Of a stretch of 64,000 bases of DNA, positions 36,314-45,532 are shown in pieces. Both the position numbers and the translations under genes were made by a program. Numbering within the stretch: the stretch's first letter is position 1; each line of letters begins with the position of its first letter. Under the pieces are notes generated by a model. It ran no database searches. It was not told the DNA's origin and saw only the letters and a program-made list of their open reading frames with translations. Origin of the DNA: Myxococcota bacterium (lineage in GTDB: Bacteria; Myxococcota_A; Bradymonadia; UBA7976; UBA1532); the NCBI GenBank assembly GCA_036337435.1, contig JAYZEG010000001.1, forward strand, positions 96,001-160,000. Reading direction: 5' to 3'.

Positions 36314-38674
36314 ATGGTCACATATACTCAAGTTCGGGATGGCATTATTCGAGACTGGCACGGGTTACCTGTTGTCGACAAACATCTTTTTCAGGGCGAA
36401 TCCAGGTTGAGTGAAACCTATCAAATCGTTGGACCGGACGGCCAGGTGTCAAAGCCGCTCGCCGAACGTTCGATCAGATTGGCCTTGGGTGCCGGTCGAC
36501 TTCTCGGATCCGACCGCTTAAAGGCTGCCGATGGGTCGGTGACGCGGGTTGATTCCGTAGACGCCTTTAGAGCAGTCATCAACAGTAGCCTCAGTCAAGC
36601 CATCGACAGCACTGGGCTGTCCTTTGCTCGCTTTCTTGCACAGACCGTCGCAGGTGCGAAGGCTGGCCATGTTGTTTTGATTAAACCCGATACCGACCCG
36701 GAGGCCTGGAGCTTTGTCAATGGTGCCTTAGTGAGCGTACGGCCATGGCTTGATAGTGCGCCGACCGGACCCGATGCAGAGGCCAAAAAACAAACGGCCG
36801 AAACCATCGCTCATCTCATCGTCAACGCATTCAAAGTACCCAGCTTTAAAGTGTATTTTTTCGACGACCCAACATATGCGCCACAATCCCCGCAAGTACA
36901 TTTTCCCATGCCTGGTGTTATCGAAGTTGGTCTGCGATCATGCATGACGGACGCAGATATGGCGAATCATTTGGATTCTCTTGGCAATCTCGGCAAGGGG
37001 AAGAGTAAACTACCCGATTGCCTCCAGCCCGACCGGGTTGATCGGCAAATGTTGCGGGGCTGCCTACAATACGGTGCCAGTGAGAGGGCAACCGAAGCCT
37101 TGGCAAAAGCCATCAAATGGCCCGTCGAACAAACGCGGATTCGCCTGATGAGGTTGTACGTTACTGGACAATTCACATCTCGTGGTGCCAGTTTAGCTGA
37201 GCTGAGAAGAGCTGAAACTCAGCTGCAGGGGCAAAGTTTTTTCGAACGCCTGGGCGTACCGACGACCGCTGATTCAGCGGCCATTGCCGCAGCCTATGAC
37301 AAACGAATCGCGGAGCTTGTTGGCAGTAGCTCGGCTGAAGGTGGCGAAGTCCGCCGACTCGCCAACTCCATCCAAGAGCTTCTCAGCGTTGCTCGACGTG
37401 TATTGGCTGATGATGCCCAACGAGCTGTCTATCGACGTGCCCAGCAATCGGGTGCTGATTTTAACGATCCCAATGTCCGCGACGCGATGCTGAGAGATCA
37501 TTTCCTGACTCAGGGTAAACTTTTGCTCGATCGCAGCCAATATGAGGACGCGAAAGGCCTTCTCGAATCGGCGGTTACCCATGCACCATCGGAACCACGA
37601 GGCCACATTCTTCTCGGGTGGGCGGAGTATCTAAGTTCTGACGAATCCGAAGAAGCAGCGAACGCGGCGGTCGCACGCATTCGAAAAGCCCTTGAATTCG
37701 ATCGGAATTCCGATGAGGCCTATTTATACATGGGGAAGATCTGTCGTTTGGCAGGACAAAAAGAGGACGCTCGCCGTTTCCTCAATCAGGCAACACGAAT
37801 TAATAATGACAATAATGAGGCTTGGGCCCAGCTGCGGATGGTGAACACCCAAAAAGCTGCACGAGCAGGCTTAAACCTAGACATTTCGGTCGGTCAAGGT
37901 GTCGGACCGGTATTGGCGACCGCGTTCTTCGTGTTGGCGGGTTTGTACGCTGGGGCAAATCTAATTGAGGGTGGCGCAAAAGAATGGCCGATGCTCGAAG
38001 ATGGGAGCCAATTGAACCAAGTCCGGCAGATAAAGGATATGCCGGCTTGGATGAAAAAAGTTCAAGAGAAGCGTCAAGCAGAGCAGACTTTCGATATTCC
38101 CAAGGCAAAACAGGTTGTGGGGAACGTTGAGTCCTACATGCTCCCAGAGGACACCTGGTACTGGACTCGACGCGGGATTCTATTATTCATGGGCCTCTTC
38201 GGCATATTGGGGATCGCGAAAAGACGATTCAACGATATCAAACTCATCGAAAAAGGGGGTGCTTGGCTGTTTTTTGGGTGTTTATACGGACTGGTCGTGG
38301 GCTTTTTATCGCCACTGCCACTCACGCCAACGCCCTTGCTGCCCGCACTTGGGATGGTCTTGACCCATACGCTCGCCGAACAGCTTTTTTTCTTCGGTTT
38401 TATCGGGGTTGCGCTACTGGATCGAATTGACAATCCACTGTTCGCAATCGTGCTGACTGCAGCACTCTTTGGACTGCACCAACTCACATTTTTCGCAACT
38501 CTGTCATTGCCACCCTCGGTGATGCTTACAGGCGTGTTGCAAATGACAGCATTCGCGGGTGGCGTGTATGCATTCTTGCTTTGGCAAACTGGTGGAATCC
38601 TGGCTCCAATCATGGCGCAATTGACCATCATGAGCGTGATGATCGTTCGATGCATCCAGGCATATGGGGGCTGA
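36314..38674 (+). CDS. multidomain membrane protein: degenerate J-domain + TPR + degenerate CPBP (CAAX-protease-fold) domain
   Basis: FFERLGVPTTADSAAIAAAY...ARRVLADDAQRAVY (J-like, no HPD). TPRs AYLYMGKIC...AR.FL. TM block with AEQLFFFG, LFGLHQ and TGGILAPIMAQ. Confidence 0.75.
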   Translation: MVTYTQVRDGIIRDWHGLPVVDKHLFQGESRLSETYQIVGPDGQVSKPLAERSIRLALGAGRLLGSDRLKAADGSVTRVDSVDAFRAVINSSLSQAIDSTGLSFARFLAQTVAGAKAGHVVLIKPDTDPEAWSFVNGALVSVRPWLDSAPTGPDAEAKKQTAETIAHLIVNAFKVPSFKVYFFDDPTYAPQSPQVHFPMPGVIEVGLRSCMTDADMANHLDSLGNLGKGKSKLPDCLQPDRVDRQMLRGCLQYGASERATEALAKAIKWPVEQTRIRLMRLYVTGQFTSRGASLAELRRAETQLQGQSFFERLGVPTTADSAAIAAAYDKRIAELVGSSSAEGGEVRRLANSIQELLSVARRVLADDAQRAVYRRAQQSGADFNDPNVRDAMLRDHFLTQGKLLLDRSQYEDAKGLLESAVTHAPSEPRGHILLGWAEYLSSDESEEAANAAVARIRKALEFDRNSDEAYLYMGKICRLAGQKEDARRFLNQATRINNDNNEAWAQLRMVNTQKAARAGLNLDISVGQGVGPVLATAFFVLAGLYAGANLIEGGAKEWPMLEDGSQLNQVRQIKDMPAWMKKVQEKRQAEQTFDIPKAKQVVGNVESYMLPEDTWYWTRRGILLFMGLFGILGIAKRRFNDIKLIEKGGAWLFFGCLYGLVVGFLSPLPLTPTPLLPALGMVLTHTLAEQLFFFGFIGVALLDRIDNPLFAIVLTAALFGLHQLTFFATLSLPPSVMLTGVLQMTAFAGGVYAFLLWQTGGILAPIMAQLTIMSVMIVRCIQAYGG

Positions 38675-38680
38675 TTGACC

Positions 38681-39112
38681 ATGACGAAGCGGCACATCTT
38701 GATGGCTGACCCCCACGGTCTTGCAGAGTTTATGAAACCAGCTTTAGCCAAGCTCAATCCCAACCTGGAGTTGTTGGCCGTTGCCGATGGTGCCCGATGC
38801 ATCACTGCCCATGCCAAACTGTGCAAAGCAAAGATTCCGCCTTTGGTGACCGTCATTCCAGATGAACTCGATTTGGTCAATGGACGTCAGGCGGCCATCA
38901 CTCTTCGGACTGTCGAGCGGACACTAGGCGTGGCGGCGACCGCGATCATTTACCTTCAATCGGAGGCTGGGGATGCCGACGAAAGTAAGCAATGGGGTCG
39001 AGCTGTAGCCATCATGCAGGGACCAGTGGACCAGCCTAAGCGGGAAGCCATGCGTCTGGTCAAGGCGATCGCGAAGGTGCTCAGCCAGTTGACTGGGAGG
39101 GGGCGAAAATGA
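38681..39112 (+). CDS. atypical receiver-like protein
   Basis: HILMADP...AVADGARCI...VIPDELDLVNG receiver-like topology. The phospho-Asp site is degenerate. Confidence 0.6.
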   Translation: MTKRHILMADPHGLAEFMKPALAKLNPNLELLAVADGARCITAHAKLCKAKIPPLVTVIPDELDLVNGRQAAITLRTVERTLGVAATAIIYLQSEAGDADESKQWGRAVAIMQGPVDQPKREAMRLVKAIAKVLSQLTGRGRK

Positions 39113-39741
39113 TGCCCTGCACCGCTTGCGGCCATTCAGGCGAGCCTAATCGGCTATTCTTTGCCGATTTCGAGCTGGCAATCTGTGCAAAATGCGGCTT
39201 CGGTGTCGGACTCGCTCAGCCCACAAACGAATCCGCTACAATGGACGGGCAACCAAAGATAGAAACACCGAGCACCGGTGACGTTGAGCTCAGCCCAACA
39301 GGCGCATTTACTGCCGCTGATTTGACCGAGGCGGATGCTACAAGGAATGCACGAGGGCAGGCGATCGTGGTCACAAATGATGAGGAGACCTATGACGTCA
39401 TTGATGCCGCATTCAGTGACTTTGCGGCTATCGGATGTGTTTTCGCCGACAAAGGAACGGGCGCTATCGAAATGGTCGTGAGTCGACTCGAATCAACGGA
39501 CAGAACCGGCGTGTTGATCGACGCGCAAAACGATGATTATCCAGCGTCTGAATTGGGGTATGCCATTCGGGCGATAGAAACGGGCCTCGGGGCCAAGAAG
39601 GCAGACATTGTATTTTTCGGTGAAATCGACTCCGAAACTGAAGCCGACGCGCGCAGAATTGGAGCCACAATTCAAAATGGATCAATGAGCGAAAGTTTGG
39701 CGGAGATGCTGGCGAGGTCGATCGCAGACCGGATGGTGTGA
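39109..39741 (+). CDS. Zn-ribbon + atypical receiver-like protein
   Basis: CTACG...CAKCG, then AIVVTNDE...FADKGTGAIE...VLID. ATGA-coupled to the previous gene. Confidence 0.6.
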   Translation: MMPCTACGHSGEPNRLFFADFELAICAKCGFGVGLAQPTNESATMDGQPKIETPSTGDVELSPTGAFTAADLTEADATRNARGQAIVVTNDEETYDVIDAAFSDFAAIGCVFADKGTGAIEMVVSRLESTDRTGVLIDAQNDDYPASELGYAIRAIETGLGAKKADIVFFGEIDSETEADARRIGATIQNGSMSESLAEMLARSIADRMV

Positions 39742-39848
39742 GAAATTCGAGGCCGGTTTGAGAATTTTATCGGTGATGGTTTTGCCTCACAGCCAAACAG
39801 TATGTAAACTACTGACAAGAGAGTAGTGGAGACGATAAGGACACAACT

Positions 39849-40073
39849 ATGAAAACGAGATTCTCACGATTACTCAGCGGCGCGGCTGTTTTTCTATACG
39901 GTGCGGCGGCATTCGCTGGCTCTTCATCAGGTGGTGGGCCAGCAGGTGATGCGGGTAGTTCAGGTTCCGAACCCGCTTTGTATGCGCTCATTCTCCTGAC
40001 CTTGATTCCTGGATTCTACCTCGCGAACAGAGCTCGAAACGCGCAAGCGGTCCCCGTCCGTAAGGACCGGTAG
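39849..40073 (+). CDS. putative dedicated exosortase substrate micro-protein with variant (GSEP) C-terminal sorting signal
   Basis: TAAGGA RBS, signal peptide ending AAFA, G/S-rich spacer, SEP + hydrophobic ALYALILLTLIPGFYLA + basic NRAR...RKDR. Lies 45 bp upstream of the exosortase. Confidence 0.75.
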   Translation: MKTRFSRLLSGAAVFLYGAAAFAGSSSGGGPAGDAGSSGSEPALYALILLTLIPGFYLANRARNAQAVPVRKDR

Positions 40074-40118
40074 TCGAGCGCAGTTCGTAGCTGCGCATCG
40101 CTCAGAAAAAGGGCGGAC

Positions 40119-41006
40119 GTGCAAACTCAGCCGGCACCTCATCACATACCTTCAGCGTCGACCACAGACCGATGGCTTCGGTTTTTCGTGTTCATTGCAA
40201 TTGCCATTGGCATGGCACCCATCCTCGATTGGAGTTGGACGCTTTGGTCTCATTCGGCATTAGGCGGTGGCGCGACTGCAGTCGTTGCTATGCCCATCGC
40301 ACTCATCTTGGGCGGCATAGCCAGTCGCAATAGCGAGCATCTAGATGAAGTTCCCTCTCCGTTGGCTGGGATCGCTCTTGCTGCATTCATGCTCGTTGCC
40401 TCCCTTTTAACGGCACTCGTTGACGGCAATGGCCCCTGGTTACTCGCAGCAGGTACCCTTTATATTTCATGCTATTTCTTGTGGTTTTGCTGGTCTTGGG
40501 GTTTTCGAAAAGCCATGTCCATCGCCATGCCCCTGAGCTTTCTAATGCTTGTCCTCCCGTGGGAATATTACCTGCGATCAACCGCTCAGCTGACTCTTCA
40601 ATCCTGGACAGCTGATCTGTCTATCTTACTACTGAACGGTTTGGGCTATGTCGTTTGGCACTACAATGCATTTACCATCGACTCGGACCGATATTACCTG
40701 ATCATCAATGAGACGTGCTCCGGCATCAATATGCTGGTCGCATTGTTTATGTACACACTTGTCTTCACGTGGATGGCGCGTTCTTTTTGGATGACTCGAG
40801 TTACCTTACTCCTGCTGGTTTTTCCCATTGCTATGGCGACCAATATCCTCAGGGTGACATGCATTTACTTATTGGGTTACTACGGCGGCGTAGAGTGGGC
40901 CGACGGCTTTTGGCACAGCGGCAGTGCCTATGTCCTATTCGTACCCATCTTTCTGGTTCTTTATCTGTTAAACCGCGCTTTTGACGACCGATTTAGAGCG
41001 GACTGA
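40119..41006 (+). CDS. exosortase/archaeosortase-family membrane transpeptidase
   Basis: About 8 TMs. Catalytic triad motifs INETCSGIN (Cys), TNILRV (Arg), FWHSG (His). No EpsI domain. Confidence 0.92.
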   Translation: MQTQPAPHHIPSASTTDRWLRFFVFIAIAIGMAPILDWSWTLWSHSALGGGATAVVAMPIALILGGIASRNSEHLDEVPSPLAGIALAAFMLVASLLTALVDGNGPWLLAAGTLYISCYFLWFCWSWGFRKAMSIAMPLSFLMLVLPWEYYLRSTAQLTLQSWTADLSILLLNGLGYVVWHYNAFTIDSDRYYLIINETCSGINMLVALFMYTLVFTWMARSFWMTRVTLLLLVFPIAMATNILRVTCIYLLGYYGGVEWADGFWHSGSAYVLFVPIFLVLYLLNRAFDDRFRAD

Positions 41007-42425
41007 CCAAGCACCGACACCAATAATTCCAAAGATCAAAACCATCCACCAATCACCAAACCGAACAAAAAGCGTCTGATTCTGCCTGAGCTGGATCTGA
41101 CCCTCAATCAGACCTGGCTTAAATAAGCCTAAGCGTTCGGTGACTACACCGTTGGGACTTATCACAGCCGATATGCCAGCCTGCCCTACCCGAATGAGCC
41201 ACCGCCGCGTCTCCATTGCTCTCACCATCGCTCGATTGGTCATATGACGCGTGATGGGCGAGAAACCGAATCCAGCATCGTTACTCGCGATAACCAGAAA
41301 TTCGGCACCTGTCGCGACCAGTCGACGTGCCATGTCCGGATAAACCGATTCGAGACAAATCATCACCCCAACGTAGTTGGACCCCGCCCGCATGGCTCGT
41401 ACGGAATGCCCGGGCGTCAAATGACTTTCCGTGCCAGGCACCAGACGCACTTTACGGTAAATGTCATCGACCTGGCCGCCTGGTAAAACTGACGCGACCA
41501 CGTTAAATCGCTTGCCTTGTTTGTCTTGTTCAATCAGTCCGGCGAGCAAAATCGACCGGTCTCTGTTCCCGGGAAATAGACGGCTGTGTAAGGCCGTATC
41601 CCTCAAAACATCGCCGCGTATGGCCGTCTCTGGCCAAATCACAAAGTCCGGATGTCCTTCATATGCCCTGCGAGTCAGCGTTTCAAATGTGCGGATAATC
41701 CCGTCTTGAGCAGCCGGGTCTGCCGTCGCCGCGTGATATTGACTATTGGCCAAACCGGCTTGAACGCCGGCAATCTTGACCGTCTGCCCCCCGCTCTCTG
41801 CACTAAATTGCGTGACGCCAACTGCGCCGAAAACAAGCAAAAAGGCTGTCATAAAAACGATACTTTTTTGACTATGGCGAAAAGAAATCAGTCCATGAAA
41901 AGTGAGACTTTGAACGAGGGCGACAAAACTACTGACGCCAATTCCACCGATCCAAGCTGTCAAAACCAGCCACGGTCTAAGCCAGCTGACATCAGCAATA
42001 TTGCCGACATAACTGGCCGGCATACAGACGGGACCGAGTGTGCGTATCCATTCTGACACCGTCCAGATTGCCGCGACCACAAGAATGTCTAGGAGACCAC
42101 CTCGGCCACGCCACAACCACCGAAACAAAAGGCCATAAATGACCATTTGACTTGCTGTGTAGAGACTAAATCCAAGGAGCAAAAACCAGCCATAATTGAT
42201 GATTCCGTAAATATGAACGCCGCCGAGAAACCCAACCCAGCCGGCCAAAAGACCTGATTCAAAGTACGACGGGCTATATCGTAACGCGCAGAGTAGCGGT
42301 ACATTTGCAATCAGGGACATGGGTCCAAAATAAACAAAACCAATGCCATTAAAAATGCCCGCCAGGGTGGCCAGTGCCCATCGTTCTCGTGTCGTACGAC
42401 CGAATTCTTTGACCAGGGAACTCAT
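40968..42425 (-). CDS. lnt: apolipoprotein N-acyltransferase
   Basis: Multi-TM N-terminus, WPETA / YRKVRLVPGTE / ICLESVYP triad, SNDAGFG, RAMETRR. Confidence 0.93.
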   Translation of the reverse strand: MSSLVKEFGRTTRERWALATLAGIFNGIGFVYFGPMSLIANVPLLCALRYSPSYFESGLLAGWVGFLGGVHIYGIINYGWFLLLGFSLYTASQMVIYGLLFRWLWRGRGGLLDILVVAAIWTVSEWIRTLGPVCMPASYVGNIADVSWLRPWLVLTAWIGGIGVSSFVALVQSLTFHGLISFRHSQKSIVFMTAFLLVFGAVGVTQFSAESGGQTVKIAGVQAGLANSQYHAATADPAAQDGIIRTFETLTRRAYEGHPDFVIWPETAIRGDVLRDTALHSRLFPGNRDRSILLAGLIEQDKQGKRFNVVASVLPGGQVDDIYRKVRLVPGTESHLTPGHSVRAMRAGSNYVGVMICLESVYPDMARRLVATGAEFLVIASNDAGFGFSPITRHMTNRAMVRAMETRRWLIRVGQAGISAVISPNGVVTERLGLFKPGLIEGQIQLRQNQTLFVRFGDWWMVLIFGIIGVGAWSVRSKSVVKSAV

Positions 42426-42913
42426 CTGGATCTCTCGAGACCTTCAAGGCGAATTGCACTGGAATAAGCCGGCAACTCGTCAATAGTCAAAACACCGATT
42501 GATTGACGAAATAGGACGTATTTCAGGCCAAATCGACCAATCCAGAGATCCGGTATCTCTCGGTTTTGGTGGACGAGTAGTGAGGGTTCTACAAGTGGAT
42601 CTCCTTTTTTAAACTGACCCAGTCTGAAGCCGATTCGCCGCAGGGTTTTCTGCCAGGGTTCATCGTCGATGGGTCGAATTCCCTGTCCGTATCGTGCGAT
42701 CAGTTCGGCGGACAAAGACGTCGTCCTCGGATCGATTACCCAACCCAGGGCATGTTGATAGGGCGGTAAATAAGTTCGGGTGAGGCCTTGGATGACCTGC
42801 CCTCCCCGCAGCTCTTCAATGGCTCGGACTAATACCCAACTTGTCCAACAAAGCATGAGTAAAACCAAAGACCGAAATGTCCAATTCCGTATTTTTTCCT
42901 GAGACACATGCAT
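42422..42913 (-). CDS. membrane-anchored hypothetical protein
   Basis: N-terminal TM. ATGA-coupled to lnt. Confidence 0.65.
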   Translation of the reverse strand: MHVSQEKIRNWTFRSLVLLMLCWTSWVLVRAIEELRGGQVIQGLTRTYLPPYQHALGWVIDPRTTSLSAELIARYGQGIRPIDDEPWQKTLRRIGFRLGQFKKGDPLVEPSLLVHQNREIPDLWIGRFGLKYVLFRQSIGVLTIDELPAYSSAIRLEGLERSR

Positions 42914-42925
42914 CCCAAAATCAAT

Positions 42926-45523
42926 TTAGTCAGCCGAATTGAGGGCCAGTCGAAAACCAACCCCCAAATGCGCAGCACTGGGAGGCATTGGATGTCTCGA
43001 TGCACAACGTGAATCTCGCACGGAGCCATTCCAACGACCCCCACGACAAATCGCCATAAATTTGCCAGCTTGCTGTATATCCGTACTCGTCCACTCGGTG
43101 ACCCCACCCGCCAAATCCATTAAGCCATAGGGGCTTCGGTCATTCGGATGACTGCCAACCGGCGCGAGACTCGGAAGGCCCAATTGACCCGCGGCTGTAT
43201 TACAAAATGACGCTTCCCAGTGGTCTCCCCAAGGAAAGGCACGTCCGTCACCACCCCTGGCGGCGATTTCCCATTCTTGCGAGGTTGGCAACCGATAGCT
43301 TAAGCTGTCTCGACGGGCGCGCCATCGACAAAAGGCGATTGCATCATCCCGGGTCACACCAAAAACCGGCCAGTTCGGATCCCATGTCTGACCAGAAAAC
43401 TCCGAGCGCGGAATATAGAAACTCGCACCCATCTGGCTGAGTAATTGCTCTCCAGTCAGTGGGTTTTTCGGCGCGTGCTGTAGCGCTCTGGATAAGTCCG
43501 TCCGCGCCAATGCATTCAAGAACCGCATGTAATCACGCATGGTGACGGGAAGTCGGCTGATGCAGAACGCAGGATGTTCTACAGTGTCTCGGCAGGTCGG
43601 CCAGGCTGCATTATCATCGAGCCCAAGCTGGGCATGTCCGGCCGGAATGTACAAAAATCCATCGGGCACTCGAGCTGCTGCCAGCGTATTCAAATTCAGT
43701 TTCAACCTTTGGCAGCGCCCGATTCTAAATGACGCCCTGACATCACGGCCTGAGGCCGTGGGCGCGCTCACCAAATAGGGACCCATCGGTAAATCCGTGA
43801 TAGAAACCGGGGTTGATGCCATCGTGTCTTTCCGGATCGGTGTGAGAACTGAATCAACCTCAGTGATCCGATAGAGCTTGACCATTAAACCTGGTGGATT
43901 GGTTTCTATTTCCAGCTGCCCATCGCCCCTCAGCAGCTCAGCATGCACATTTAGCCGCGTTAAGATGCGTCGGCATTGGGCCAAACCCGGAGCGTCGTCG
44001 ATCTCATCGCAGCGACGAAATTCAGCAGACGCAATCTCAGCTAGAGTTGCTTTTGCAGCTGTATCCGATGGATCACGGATCAAACGAGAATTAAGAACGT
44101 CACCGGCCAGACTAAAGCGTTCGCGGACTTGCTCATCGAGGAGACGATGTTTATGAATTAATTTGCGAGTAATTCTGCGCTCGTCGAGACTAGACCAAGG
44201 CACTTCCTTCGCCTTGAGTGTCTTCACCTCGTCTCGAAGCACCTTTTCACGCTCGACGGAGGTCATGTATTGAGCCACCTGTTGCTCAAGTTCACTGGTG
44301 GAAAACACGCTTGGCTGTTCGAATGCCTCAGCCCCAGCCTCAAGATGCCGCTGAACGGCATGGTGTAATTCTAAAACAGACTCATATCGTTTGGATACGT
44401 CACGTTCAAGACATCTTGAACAGGCCTCGTCTAAATCGATTGGTATGTTACGGTCCGGTGCCCGTAAACGCGCCGGTTTGACGGGGCTTCTCAACATCTT
44501 TTGCAAAATCGTTTGCGCATCTCGACCGGCATAGGGCCGCTTCAATGTCAGCATTTCATAGAGGATTGCGCCCAGACTAAAGACGTCGCTGCGATCATCG
44601 ACCAAATGTAATTGGCCGAGCGCCAACTCGGGAGGCATGTAACCCGGTGTCCCAATGGCCTCACCCTGACGGGTGGCCAGACGCCCGAGTTCTTCACGAT
44701 GGCTTTTCACTTTTTGCCCACCCGACGCCTCTTTCTTTAAAATTTTTGCAAGACCCCAGTCCATGACCAGCACCTCACCATAGCCCCCGATCATGATGTT
44801 GGAGGGTTTTAAATCACGATGGACAACCGAACGGCTATGGGCATAGGCAACAGCCATGCAAATCTTTTGGAAAACCTGTAAAAGATGGGTCCGTGTATAC
44901 TCTGCAAGCATATCCGGATCATCGGCTCGCAACCCCTTGAAAACATCCCTCAGCGTCTGACCATCCACCCGTTTCATGGTGAAGTAAAGTTGACCGTCTG
45001 CGCGTTCGCCGAGGTCATAGACTGGAATGATATTTGGGTGTTGTAATTGTCCCGTAATTTGAGCCTCTTGAGCAAATCGAAGTTGCCAACCCAGCCGTTG
45101 GCCTTTACCACCGAGGAGCAGCTTCATCGCGACGCTACGCTCCAAGGTCGTATCGACGGTCTCAACAATTCGGCCCATGCCGCCGCGAGCCAATTCATCA
45201 CCCAGGTCATACCGATCAAAACCTGGCTTCATCGGTGGCAAGAGCATCGCTCTTAGGTCATCGTGTTCATCTGCAACTTTTTGAGATCGTTCGGAACTGG
45301 AGGACCCATCGACTAAATCATCGACATCGCCCGCGACTGTCGGCAATTCACCGATGACAGATTTGAGTCCATTCTGGGTGACAATGCCTAAATCGACCAA
45401 GACATCTGCGAGGGAACGTCCTTCATGGTCGACCGCATATTGGATTTGCTCAAGGGCCTCCTCGCTGAGACTGAACCGGTCTCTAAGGCGAGATAAAAAT
45501 TGGGTTTGGCCCTTACTAGTCAC
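42926..45523 (-). CDS. Ser/Thr protein kinase fused to an FGE-sulfatase (SUMF1-like) domain
   Basis: LARGGMG, AMK, HRDLKPSN, DWGLAK, GTPGYMPPE. C-terminal YRLPTSQEWEIAARG, SPYGLMDLAGGVTEW, RGGRW, VGFRL. Confidence 0.93.
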   Translation of the reverse strand: MTSKGQTQFLSRLRDRFSLSEEALEQIQYAVDHEGRSLADVLVDLGIVTQNGLKSVIGELPTVAGDVDDLVDGSSSSERSQKVADEHDDLRAMLLPPMKPGFDRYDLGDELARGGMGRIVETVDTTLERSVAMKLLLGGKGQRLGWQLRFAQEAQITGQLQHPNIIPVYDLGERADGQLYFTMKRVDGQTLRDVFKGLRADDPDMLAEYTRTHLLQVFQKICMAVAYAHSRSVVHRDLKPSNIMIGGYGEVLVMDWGLAKILKKEASGGQKVKSHREELGRLATRQGEAIGTPGYMPPELALGQLHLVDDRSDVFSLGAILYEMLTLKRPYAGRDAQTILQKMLRSPVKPARLRAPDRNIPIDLDEACSRCLERDVSKRYESVLELHHAVQRHLEAGAEAFEQPSVFSTSELEQQVAQYMTSVEREKVLRDEVKTLKAKEVPWSSLDERRITRKLIHKHRLLDEQVRERFSLAGDVLNSRLIRDPSDTAAKATLAEIASAEFRRCDEIDDAPGLAQCRRILTRLNVHAELLRGDGQLEIETNPPGLMVKLYRITEVDSVLTPIRKDTMASTPVSITDLPMGPYLVSAPTASGRDVRASFRIGRCQRLKLNLNTLAAARVPDGFLYIPAGHAQLGLDDNAAWPTCRDTVEHPAFCISRLPVTMRDYMRFLNALARTDLSRALQHAPKNPLTGEQLLSQMGASFYIPRSEFSGQTWDPNWPVFGVTRDDAIAFCRWRARRDSLSYRLPTSQEWEIAARGGDGRAFPWGDHWEASFCNTAAGQLGLPSLAPVGSHPNDRSPYGLMDLAGGVTEWTSTDIQQAGKFMAICRGGRWNGSVRDSRCASRHPMPPSAAHLGVGFRLALNSAD

Positions 45524-45532
45524 GATAACAAA

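Noticed and set aside
42926..43100. FGE-sulfatase C-terminus as a diversity-generating retroelement variable region
   Set aside because: No reverse transcriptase or avd gene, and by eye no adenine-variant template repeat in the window. A remote DGR cannot be excluded.
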